This document shows, one piece after another, positions 37,441 through 49,400 of a stretch of 64,000 nucleotides of DNA. The first letter of the stretch is position 1; the number at the start of each line of letters is the position of its first letter. Source of the stretch: Eledone cirrhosa (taxonomy: Eukaryota). The stretch lies in assembly GCA_964016885.1 (NCBI GenBank), contig OZ024741.1:5952001-6016000 (forward strand), given 5' to 3'. The notes under the pieces were generated by a model. It searched no databases. It was not told the origin of the DNA and worked only from the letters and a program-made list of their open reading frames with translations. A program made the translations under genes and the position numbers.

Positions 37441-40400
37441 GCACCCCAAAAGGAAGAAAGGGAAGGCTTATTTCAATAGGGCAGCCCACCAAAATGAAGA
37501 AAGGGAAGGCTTGTTTCAATAGGACAGCACCCCAAAAGGAAGAAAGGGAACGTTTGTTTCAATAGGGCAGCACCCCAAAAGGAAGAAAAGGAAGGCGTGT
37601 TTCTATAGGGCAGCATCCCAAAGGGAAGAAAGGGAACGCTTGTTTCAATAGGGCAGCACCCCAAAAGGAAGAAAGGGAAGGCTTGTTTCAATAGGGCAGC
37701 ACCCCAAAAGGAAGAAAGGGAAGGCTTGTTCCAATAGGGCAGCTCCCCAAAACGTAGTAAGGGAAAGCTTGTTTCAATAGGGCAGCATCCCAAAAGGAAG
37801 AAAGGGAAGGCTTGTTTCAATAGGGCAGCACCCCAAAACGAAGAACGGGAAGGCTTGTTTCAATAGGGCAGCTCCCCAAAAGGAAGAAAGGGGACGCTGG
37901 TGTCAATAGGACAGCACCCCAAAAGGAAGAAAGGGATGGCTTATTTCAATAGGCAGCATCCTAAAAGGAAGAAAGGGAACGTTTGTTTCAATAGGGCAGC
38001 ACCCCAGAAGGAAGAAAGAGAACGCTTGTGTCAATAGGGCAGCACCCCTAAAGGAAGAAAAGGAAGGCTTGTTTCAATAGGGCAGCACACCAAAAGGAAG
38101 AAAGGGAAGGCTTGTTTCAATAGGGCAGCACCCCTAAAGGAAGAAAGGGACGTTTGTTTCAATAGGGCAGCACCCCAAAAGGAAGAAAGGGAAGGCTTGT
38201 TTCAATAGGGCAGCTCCCCTAAAGGAAGAAAGGGAACGTTTGTTTCAATAGGGCAGCACACCTAAAGGAAGAAAGGGAACGTTTGTTTCAATAGGGCAGC
38301 ACACCTAAAGGAAGAAAGGGAACGCTTGTTTCAATAGGGCAGCACCCCAAAAGGAAGAAAGCGAACGCTTGTTTCAATAGGACAGCACCCCAAAAGGAAG
38401 AATGGGAACGCTTGTTTCAATAGGGCAGCTCCCCAAAAGGAAGAAAGGGAAGGCTTGTTTCAATAGGGCAGCACCCCAAAAGGAAGAAAGGGAAGGCTTA
38501 TTTCAATAGGGCAGCCCACCAAAATGAAGAAAGGGAAGGCTTGTTTCAATAGGACAGCACCCCAAAAGGAAGAAAGGGAACGTTTGTTTCAATAGGGCAG
38601 CACCCGAAAAGGAAGAAACGAAGGCGTGTTTCAATAGGGTAGCATCACAAAAGGAAGAAAGAGAACGCTTATTTCAATACGGCAGCACCCCAAAAGGAAG
38701 AAAGGGAAGGCTTGTTTCAATAGGGCAGCACCCCAAAAGGAAGAAAGGGAAGGCTTGTTTCAATGGGGCAGCTCCCCAAAACGTAGTAAGGGAAGGCTTG
38801 TTTCAATAGGGCAGCACCCTTAAAAGAAGAAAGGGAACGCTTGTTTCAATAGGGCAGCACCCCTATAGTAAGAAAGGGAACGCTTGTTTCAATAGGGCAG
38901 CACCCCAAAAGGAAGAAAGGGAACGCTTGTTTCAATAGGGCAGCACCCCTAAAGGAAGAAAGGGAACGCTTGTTTCAATAGGGCAGCACACCTAAAGGAA
39001 GAAAGGGAACGCTTGTTTCAATAGGGCAGCACCCCAAAAGGAAGAAAGCGAACGCTTGTTTCAATAGGGCAGCACCCCAAAAGGAAGAATGGGAACGCTT
39101 GTTTCAATAGGGCAGCTCCCCAAAAGGAAGAAAGGGAAGGCTTGTTTCAATACGGCAGCACCCCAAAAGGAAGAAAGGGAAGGCTTATTTCAATAGGGCA
39201 GCCCACCAAAATGAAGAAAGGGAACGTTTGTGTCAATAGGGCAGCACCCAAAAGGAAGAAAGGGAAGGCTTGTTTCAATAGGGCAGCACCCCAAAACGAA
39301 GAACAGGAAGGCTTGTTTCAATAGGGCAGCACCCCAAAAGGAATAAAGGGAACGTTTCTTTCAATAGGACAGCACCCGAAAAGGAAGAAAGGGTATGCGT
39401 GTTTCAATAGGGCAACATCCCAAAAGGAAGAAAGGGAACGATTGTTTCAATAGGGCAGAATCCCAAAAGGAAGAAAGGGAAGGTTTGTTTAAATAGGGCA
39501 GCATCCCAGAAGGAAGAAGGGGGACGCTGGTGTCAATAGGGCAGCACCTCAAAAGGAAGAAAGGGAAGGCTTATTTCAATAGGCAGCATCCTAAAAGGAA
39601 GAAAGGGAACGTTTGTTTCAATAGGGCAGCACACCAGAAAGTAGGAAGGGAACGCTTGTGTCAATAGGGCAGCACCCCAAAAGCAAGAAAGGGAGGGCTT
39701 GTTTCAATAGGGCAGCACCCCAAAAGGAAGAAAGGGAAGGCTTGTTTCAATAGGGCAGCACCCCTAAAGGAAGAAAGGGAACGTTTGTTTCAATAGGGCA
39801 GCACACCTAAAGGAAGAAAGGGAACGCTTGTTTCAATAGGGCAGCACCCCAAAAGGAAGAAAGGGAAGGCTTGTTTCAATAGGGCAGCATCCCAAAAGGA
39901 AGAAAGGGAACGCTTGTTTCAATAGGGCAGCACCCCAAAAGGAAGAAAGGGAAGGCTTGTTTCAATAGGGCAGCACCCCAAAAGGAAGAAAGGGAAGGCT
40001 TGTTTCAATAGGGCAGCACCCCTATAGTAAGAAAGGGAACGCTTGTTTCAATAGGGCAGCACCCCAAAAGGAAGAAAGGGAACGTTTGTTTCAATCGGGC
40101 AGCACACCTAAGGGAAGAAAGGGAACGCTTGTTTCAATAGGGCAGCACCCCAAAAGGAAGAATGGGAACGCTTGTTTCAATAGGGCAGCTCCCCAAAAGG
40201 AAGAAAGGGAAGGCTTATTTCAATAGGGTAGCCCACCAAAATGAAGAAAGGGAAGGCGTGTTTCAATAGGGCAGCATCCCAAAAGGAAGAAAGGGAACGC
40301 TTGTTTCAATAGGGCAGCACCCCAAAAGGAAGAAAGCGAAGGCTTGTTTCAATAGGGCAGCACCCCAAAATGAAGAAAGGGAAGGCTTGTTTCCATAGGG

Positions 40401-40469
40401 CAGCTCCCCAAAACGTAGTAAGGGAAGGCTTGTTTCAATAGGGCAGCATCCCAAAAGGAAGAAAGGGAA

Positions 40470-43400
40470 GGCTTGTTTCAATAGGGCAGCACCCCAAAAC
40501 GAAGAACGGGAAGGCTTGTTTCAATAGGGCAGCACCCCAAAAGGAAGAAAGGGAACGTTTGTTTCAATAGGGCAGCACCCGAAAGGAAGAAAGGGAACGT
40601 TTGTTTCAATAGGGCAGCTCCCCAAAAGGAAGAAAGGGAAGGCTTGTTTCAATAGGGCAGCACCCCAAAAGGAAGAAAGGGAAGGCTTATTTCAATAGGG
40701 CAGCACCCCAAAAGGAAGAAAGGGAAGGCTTGTTTCAATAGGGCAGCACCCCAAAAGGAAGAAAGGGAAGGCTTGTTTCAATAGGGCAGCACCCCAAAAG
40801 GAAGAAAGGGAAGGCTTGTTTCAATAGGGCAGCACCCCAAAAGGAAGAAAGGGAAGGCTTGTTTCAATAGGGCAGCTCCCCAAAACGTAGTAAGGGAAGG
40901 CTTGTTTCAATAGGGCAGCACCCTTAAAAGAAGAAAGGGAACGCTTGTTTCAATAGGGCAGCACCCCTATAGTAAGAAAGGGAACGCTTGTTTCAATAGG
41001 GCAGCACCCGAAAAGGAAGAAAAGGAAGGCGTGTTTCAATAGGGCAGCATCCCAAAAGGAACAAAGGGAACGCTTATTTCAATAGGGCAGCACCCCAAAA
41101 GGAAGAAAGGGAAGGCTTGTTTCAATAGGGCAGCAACCCAAAAGGAAGAAAGGGAAGGCTTGTTTCAATAGGGCAGCACCCCAAAAGGAAGAAAGGGAAG
41201 GCTTGTTTCAATAGGGCAGCACCCCAAAAGGAAGAAAGGGAAGGCTTGTTTCAATAGGGCAGCACCCCAAAAGGAAGAAAGGGAAGGCTTGTTTCAATAG
41301 GGCAGCACCCCAAAAGGAAGAAAGGGAAGGCTTGTTTCAATAGGGCAGCTCCCCAAAACGTAGTAAGGGAAGGCTTGTTTCAATAGGGCAGCACCCCAAA
41401 ACGAAGAACGGTAAGGCTTGGTTCAATAGGGCAGTATCCCAAAAGGAAGAAAGGAAACCTTTGTTTCAATAGGGCAGCACCTCCAGAAGGAAGAAAGGGA
41501 ACGCTTGTGTCAACAGGGCAGCACCCCAAAAGTAAGAAAGGGAAGGCTTCTTTCAATAGGGCAGCACCCTAAAAGGAAGAAAGGGAACGCTTGTTTCCAT
41601 AGGGCAGCACCCTTAAAAGAAGAAAGGGATGGCTTGTTTCAATAGGGCAGCACCCCAAAAGGAAGAAAGGGAAGGCTTGTTTCAATGGGGCAGCACCCAA
41701 AAAGGAAGAAAGGGGAGGCTTGTTTCAATAGGGCAGCATCCCAAAAGGAAGAAAGGGAACGATTATTTCAATAGCGCCGCATGCCAAAAGGAAGAAAGGG
41801 GACGCTTGTTTCAATAGGGCAGCACCCCAGAAGGAAGAAAGTGAACGCTTGTGTCAATAGGGCAGCACCCCAAAAGGAATAAAGGGAAGGCTGGTTTCAA
41901 TAGGGCAGCACCCCAAAAGGAAGAAAGGGAACGATTTTTTCAATAGGGCAGCACCCCAAAAGGAAGAAAGGGAACGTTTGTTTCAATAGGGCAGCACCCC
42001 AGAAGGAAGAAAGTGAACGCTTGTGTCAATAGGGCAGCACCCCAAAAGGAAGAAAGGGAAGGTTTGTTTCAATAGGGCAGCACCCTAAAAGGAAGAAAGG
42101 GAACGCTCCTTTCAATAGGGCAGCACCCCTAAAGGAAGAAAGGGAACGTTTGTGTCAATAGGGCAGCACCCCTAAAGGAAGATAGGGAACGATTGTTTCA
42201 ATAGGGCAGCACCCCAAAAGGAAGAAAGGGAAGGCTGGTTTCAATAGGGCAGCACCCAAAAAGGAAGAAAGGGAAGACTTATTTCAATAGGGCAGCCCCC
42301 CAAAAGGAAGAAAGGGAACGTTTGTTTCAATAGGGCAGCACCCGAAAAGGAAGAAAGGGAAGGCGTGTTTCAATAGGGCAGCACCCCAAAACGAAGAACG
42401 CGAAGGCTTGTTTCAATAGGGCAGCACCCCAAAAGAAAGAAAGGGAACGTTTGTTTCAATAGGGCAGCACCCGAAAAGGAAGAAAGGGAATGCGTGTTTC
42501 AATAGGGCAGCATCCCAAAAGGAAGAAAGTGGACGTTTGTTTCAATAGGGCAGCAATCCTAAAGGAAGAAAGGGAAGGCTTGTTTCAATAGGGCAGCTCC
42601 CCAAAACGTAGTAATGGAAGGCTTGTTTCAATAGGGCAGCATCCCAAAAGGAAGAATGGGAAGGCTTGTTTCAATAGGGCTGCACCCCAAAACGAAGAAC
42701 GGGAAGGCTTGTTTCAATAGGGCAGCACCCCAAAAGAAAGAGAGGGAACGTTTGTTTCAATAGGGCAGCACCCGAAAGGAAGAAAGGGAACGTTTGTTTC
42801 AATAGGGCAGCACCCCAGAAGGAAGAAAGGGAAGGCTTGTTTCAATAGGGCAGCTCCCCAAAAGGAAGAAAGGGAAGGCTTGTTTCAATAGGGCAGCACC
42901 CCAAAAGGAAGAAAGGGAAGGCTTATTTCAATAGGCAGCATCCTAAAAGGAAGAAAGGGAAGGCTTGTTTCAATAGGGCAGCACCCCTAAAGGAAGAAAG
43001 GGAACGTTTGTTTCAATAGGGCAGCACACCTACAGGAAGAAAGGGAACGCTTGTTTCAATAGGGCAGCACCCCAAAAGGAAGAAAGCGAACGCTTGTTTC
43101 AATAGGGCAGCTCCCCAAAAGGAAGAAAGCGAACGCTTGTTTCAATAGGGCAGCACCCCAAAACGAAGAACGGGAAGGCTTGTTTCAATAGGGCAGCACC
43201 CCAAAAGGAAGAAAGGGAACGTTTGTTTCAATAGGGCAGCACCCGAAAGGAAGAAAGGGAACGTTTGTTTCAATAGGGCAGCTCCCCAAAAGGAAGAAAG
43301 GGAAGGCTTGTTTCAATAGGGCAGCACCCCAAAAGGAAGAAAGGGAAGGCTTATTTCAATAGGGCAGCACCCCAAAAGGAAGAAAGGGAAGGCTTGTTTC

Positions 43401-45815
43401 AATAGGGCAGCACCCCAAAAGGAAGAAAGGGAAGGCTTGTTTCAATAGGGCAGCACCCCAAAAGGAAGAAAGGGAAGGCTTGTTTCAATAGGGCAGCACC
43501 CCAAAAGGAAGAAAGGGAAGGCTTGTTTCAATAGGGCAGCTCCCCAAAACGTAGTAAGGGAAGGCTTGTTTCAATAGGGCAGCACCCTTAAAAGAAGAAA
43601 GGGAACGCTTGTTTCAATAGGGCAGCACCCCTATAGTAAGAAAGGGAACGCTTGTTTCAATAGGGCAGCACCCGAAAAGGAAGAAAAGGAAGGCGTGTTT
43701 CAATAGGGCAGCATCCCAAAAGGAACAAAGGGAACGCTTATTTCAATAGGGCAGCACCCCAAAAGGAAGAAAGGGAAGGCTTGTTTCAATAGGGCAGCAA
43801 CCCAAAAGGAAGAAAGGGAAGGCTTGTTTCAATAGGGCAGCACCCCAAAAGGAAGAAAGGGAAGGCTTGTTTCAATAGGGCAGCACCCCAAAAGGAAGAA
43901 AGGGAAGGCTTGTTTCAATAGGGCAGCACCCCAAAAGGAAGAAAGGGAAGGCTTGTTTCAATAGGGCAGCACCCCAAAAGGAAGAAAGGGAAGGCTTGTT
44001 TCAATAGGGCAGCTCCCCAAAACGTAGTAAGGGAAGGCTTGTTTCAATAGGGCAGCACCCCAAAACGAAGAACGGTAAGGCTTGGTTCAATAGGGCAGTA
44101 TCCCAAAAGGAAGAAAGGAAACCTTTGTTTCAATAGGGCAGCACCTCCAGAAGGAAGAAAGGGAACGCTTGTGTCAACAGGGCAGCACCCCAAAAGTAAG
44201 AAAGGGAAGGCTTCTTTCAATAGGGCAGCACCCTAAAAGGAAGAAAGGGAACGCTTGTTTCCATAGGGCAGCACCCTTAAAAGAAGAAAGGGATGGCTTG
44301 TTTCAATAGGGCAGCACCCCAAAAGGAAGAAAGGGAAGGCTTGTTTCAATGGGGCAGCACCCAAAAAGGAAGAAAGGGGAGGCTTGTTTCAATAGGGCAG
44401 CATCCCAAAAGGAAGAAAGGGAACGATTATTTCAATAGCGCCGCATGCCAAAAGGAAGAAAGGGGACGCTTGTTTCAATAGGGCAGCACCCCAGAAGGAA
44501 GAAAGTGAACGCTTGTGTCAATAGGGCAGCACCCCAAAAGGAATAAAGGGAAGGCTGGTTTCAATAGGGCAGCACCCCAAAAGGAAGAAAGGGAACGATT
44601 TTTTCAATAGGGCAGCACCCCAAAAGGAAGAAAGGGAACGTTTGTTTCAATAGGGCAGCACCCCAGAAGGAAGAAAGTGAACGCTTGTGTCAATAGGGCA
44701 GCACCCCAAAAGGAAGAAAGGGAAGGTTTGTTTCAATAGGGCAGCACCCTAAAAGGAAGAAAGGGAACGCTCCTTTCAATAGGGCAGCACCCCTAAAGGA
44801 AGAAAGGGAACGTTTGTGTCAATAGGGCAGCACCCCTAAAGGAAGATAGGGAACGATTGTTTCAATAGGGCAGCACCCCAAAAGGAAGAAAGGGAAGGCT
44901 GGTTTCAATAGGGCAGCACCCAAAAAGGAAGAAAGGGAAGACTTATTTCAATAGGGCAGCCCCCCAAAAGGAAGAAAGGGAACGTTTGTTTCAATAGGGC
45001 AGCACCCGAAAAGGAAGAAAGGGAAGGCGTGTTTCAATAGGGCAGCACCCCAAAACGAAGAACGCGAAGGCTTGTTTCAATAGGGCAGCACCCCAAAAGA
45101 AAGAAAGGGAACGTTTGTTTCAATAGGGCAGCACCCGAAAAGGAAGAAAGGGAATGCGTGTTTCAATAGGGCAGCATCCCAAAAGGAAGAAAGTGGACGT
45201 TTGTTTCAATAGGGCAGCAATCCTAAAGGAAGAAAGGGAAGGCTTGTTTCAATAGGGCAGCTCCCCAAAACGTAGTAATGGAAGGCTTGTTTCAATAGGG
45301 CAGCATCCCAAAAGGAAGAATGGGAAGGCTTGTTTCAATAGGGCTGCACCCCAAAACGAAGAACGGGAAGGCTTGTTTCAATAGGGCAGCACCCCAAAAG
45401 AAAGAGAGGGAACGTTTGTTTCAATAGGGCAGCACCCGAAAGGAAGAAAGGGAACGTTTGTTTCAATAGGGCAGCACCCCAGAAGGAAGAAAGGGAAGGC
45501 TTGTTTCAATAGGGCAGCTCCCCAAAAGGAAGAAAGGGAAGGCTTGTTTCAATAGGGCAGCACCCCAAAAGGAAGAAAGGGAAGGCTTATTTCAATAGGC
45601 AGCATCCTAAAAGGAAGAAAGGGAAGGCTTGTTTCAATAGGGCAGCACCCCTAAAGGAAGAAAGGGAACGTTTGTTTCAATAGGGCAGCACACCTACAGG
45701 AAGAAAGGGAACGCTTGTTTCAATAGGGCAGCACCCCAAAAGGAAGAAAGCGAACGCTTGTTTCAATAGGGCAGCTCCCCAAAAGGAAGAAAGCGAACGC
45801 TTGTTTCAATAGGGC
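40470..45815. repeat. Near-perfect tandem duplication of a 2664-bp block (62 monomers)
   Basis: Identical ORFs at 41629 and 44293 are 2664 apart. Rare variants (CACCTCCAGAAGG, AATAGCGCCGCATGCC, GAACGCTCCTTTC, CAGCAATCCTAAAG, CACCTACAGG) each appear in both copies. GAAGAACGGG at 40501 recurs at 43165. Confidence 0.92.
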
Positions 45816-46409
45816 AGCTCCCCAAAAGGAAGAAAGGGAACGCTTGTTTCAATAGGGCAGCACCCCAAAAGGAAGAAAGCGAACGCTTGTTTCAATAGGG
45901 CAGCACCCCAAAAGGAAGAAAGGGGACGCTGGTGTCAATAGGGCAGCACCCCAAAAGGAAGAATGGGAACGCTTGTTTCAATAGGGCAGCACCCCAAAAG
46001 GAAGAAAGGGAAGGCTTATTTCAATAGGGCAGCACCCGAAAAGGAAGAAAAGGAAGGCGTGTTTCAATAGGGCAGCATCCCAAAAGGAAGAAAGGGAACG
46101 CTTATTTCAATAGGGCAGCACCCCAAAAGGAAGAAAGGGATGGCTTGTTTCAATAGGGCAGCTCCCCAAAACGTAGTAAGGGAAGGCTTGTTTCAATAGG
46201 GCAGCACCCTTAAAAGAAGAAAGGGAACGCTTGTTTCAATAGGGCAGCACCCCTATAGTAAGAAAGGGAACGCTTGTTTCAATAGGGCAGCACCCCAAAA
46301 GGAAGAATGCGAACACTTGTTTCAATAGGGCAGCACCCCAAAAGGAAGAATGGGAACGCTTGTTTCAATAGGGCAGCTCCCCAAAAGGAAGAAAGGGAAG
46401 ACTTATTTC

Positions 46410-49400
46410 AATAGGGCAGCACCCCAAAAGGAAGAAAGGGAAGGCTTATTTCAATAGGGCAGCCACCAAAATGGAGAAAGGGAACGTTTGTTTCAATAGG
46501 GCAGCACCCGAAAAGGAAGAAAAGGAAGGCGTGTTTCAATAGGGCAGCATCCCAAAAGGAAGAAAGGTAACGCTTGTTTCAATAGGGCAGCACCCCAAAA
46601 GGAAGAAAGGGAAGGCTTGTTTCAATAGGGCAGCACCCCAAAAGGAAGAAAGGGAAGGCTTGTTTCAATAGGGCAGCACCCCAAAACGAAGAACGGTAAG
46701 GCTTGGTTCAATAGGGCAGTATCCCAAAAGGAAGAAAGGGAACGTTTGTTTCAATAGGGCAGCACCCCAGAAGGAAGAAAGGGAACGCTTGTGTCAATAG
46801 GGCAGCACCCCAAAAGTAAGAAAGGGAAGGCTTCTTTCAATAGGGCAGCACCCTAAAAGGAAGAAAGGGAACGCTTGTTTCAATAGGGCAGCACCCTTAA
46901 AAGAAGAAAGGGATGGCTTGTTTCAATAGGGCAGCACCCCAAAAGGAAGAAAGTGAACGATTTTTTCAATAGGGCAGCACCCCAAAAGGAAGAAAGGGAA
47001 CGTTTGTTTCAATAGGGCAGCACCCCAGAAGGAAGAAAGTGAACGCTTGTGTCAATAGGGCAGCACCCCAAAGGAAGAAAGGGAAGGCTTGTTTCAATAG
47101 GGCAGCACCCTAAAAGGAAGAAAGGGAACGCTTCTTTCAATAGGGCAGCACCCCTAAAGGAAGAAAGGGAATGTTTGTGTCAATAGGGCAGCACCCCTAA
47201 AGGAAGAAAGGGAACGCTTGTTTCAATAGGGCAGCACCCCAAAAGGAAGAAAGGGAAGGCTTGTTTCAATAGGGCAGCACCCAAAAAGGAAGAAAGGGAA
47301 CGTTTATTTCAATAAGGCAGCCCCCCAAAAGGAAGAAAGGGAACGTTTGATTCAATAGGGCAGCACCCGAAAAGGAAGAAAGGGAAGGCGTGTTTCAATA
47401 GGGCAGCACCCCAAAACGAAGGACGCGAAGGCTTGTTTCAATAGGGCAGCACCCCAAAAGGAAGAAAGGGAACGTTTGTTTCAATAGGGCAGCACCCGAA
47501 AAGGAAGAAAGGGAATGCGTGTTTCAATAGGGCAGCATCCCAAAAGGAAGAAAGTGGACGTTTGTTTCAATAGGGCAGCACCCCAAAAGGAAGAAAGGGA
47601 AGGCTTGTTTCAATAGGGCAGCTCCCCAAAACGTAGTAAGGGAAGGCTTGTTTTAATAGGGCAGCACCCCAAAACGAAGAACGGGAAGGCTTGTTTCAAT
47701 AGGGCAGCACCCCAAAAGGAAGAAAGGGAACGTTTGTTTCAATAGGGCAGCACCCGAAAGGAAGAAAGGGAACGTTTGTTTCAATAGGGCAGCACCCCAG
47801 AAGGAAGAAAGGGGACGCTGGTGTCAATAGGGCAGCACCCTAAAAGGAAGAAAGGGAAGGCTTATTTCAATAGGCAGCATCCTAAAAGGAAGAAAGGGAA
47901 GGCTTGTTTCAATAGGGCAGCACCCCTAAAGGAAGAAAGGGAACGTTTGTATCAATAGGGCAGCACACCTAAAGGAAGAAAGGGAACGCTTGTTTCAATA
48001 GGGCAGCACCCCAAAAGGAAGAAAGCAAACGCTTGTTTCAATAGGGCAGCACCCAAAAAGGAAGAATGGGAACGCTTGTTTCAATAGGGCAGCTCCCCAA
48101 AAGGAAGAAAGGGAAGGCTTGTTTCAATAGGGCAGCACCCCAAAAGGAAGAAAGGGAAGGCTTATTTCAATAGGGCAGCACCCGAAAAGGAAGAAAAGAA
48201 AGGCGTGTTTCAATAGGGCAGCATCCCAAAAGGAAGAAAGGGAACGCTTATTTCAATAGGGCAGCACCCCAAAAGGAAGAAAGGGAAGGCTTGTTTCAAT
48301 AGGCCAGCTCCCCAAAACGTAGTAAGGGAAGGCTTGTTTCAATAGGGCAGCACCCTTAAAAGAAGAAAGGGAACGCTTGTTTCAATAGGGCAGCACCCCT
48401 ATAGTAAGAAAGGGAACGCTTGTTTCAATAGGGCAGCACCCCAAAAGGAAGAAAGCGAACGCTTGTTTCAATAGGGCTGCACCCCAAAAGGAAGAATGGG
48501 AACGCTTGTTTCAATAGGGCAGCTCCCCAAAAGGAAGAAAGGGAAGGCTTGTTTCAATAGGGCAGCACCCCAAAAGGAAGAAAGGGAAGGCTTATTTCAA
48601 TAGGGCAGCCCACCAAAATGAAGAAAGGGAACGTTTGTTTCAATAGGGCAGCACCCGAAAAGGAAGAAAAGGAAGGCGTGTTTCAATAGGGCAGCTCCCC
48701 AAAAGGAAGAAAGGGAACGCTTGTTTCAATAGGGCAGCACCCCAAAAGGAAGAAAGGGAAGGCTTGTTTCAATAGGGCAGCACCACAAAAGGAAGAAAGG
48801 GAAGGCTTGTTTCAATAGGGCAGCACCCCAAAACGAAGAACGGTAAGGCTTGGTTCAATAGGGCAGTATCCCAAAAGGAAGAAAGGGAACGTTTGTGTCA
48901 ATAGGGCAGCACCCCAGAAGGAATAAAGGGAACGCTTGTGTCAATAGGGCAGCACCCCAAAAGTAAGAAAGGGAAGGCTTCTTTCAATAGGGCAGCACCC
49001 TAAAAGGAAGAAAGGGAACGCTTGTTTCAATAGGGCAGCCCCCTTTAAAGAAGAAAGTGATGGCTTGTTTCAATAGGGCAGCACCCCAAAAGGAAGAAAG
49101 GGAAGGCTTGTTTCAATGGGGCAGCACCCGAAAAGGAAGAAAGGGGAGACTTGTTTCAATAGGGCAGCATCAAAAAGGAAGAAAGAGAACGATTATTTCA
49201 ATAGCGCAGCATGCCAAAAGGAAGAAAGGGGACGCTTGTTTCAATAGGGCAGCACCCCAGAAGGAAGAAAGGGAACGCTTGTGTCAATAGGGCAGCACCC
49301 CAAAAGGAATAAAGGGAAGGCTGGTTTCAATAGGGCAGCACCCCAAAAGGAAGAAAGGGAACGATTTTTTCAATACGGCAGCCCCCCAAAACGAAGAAAG

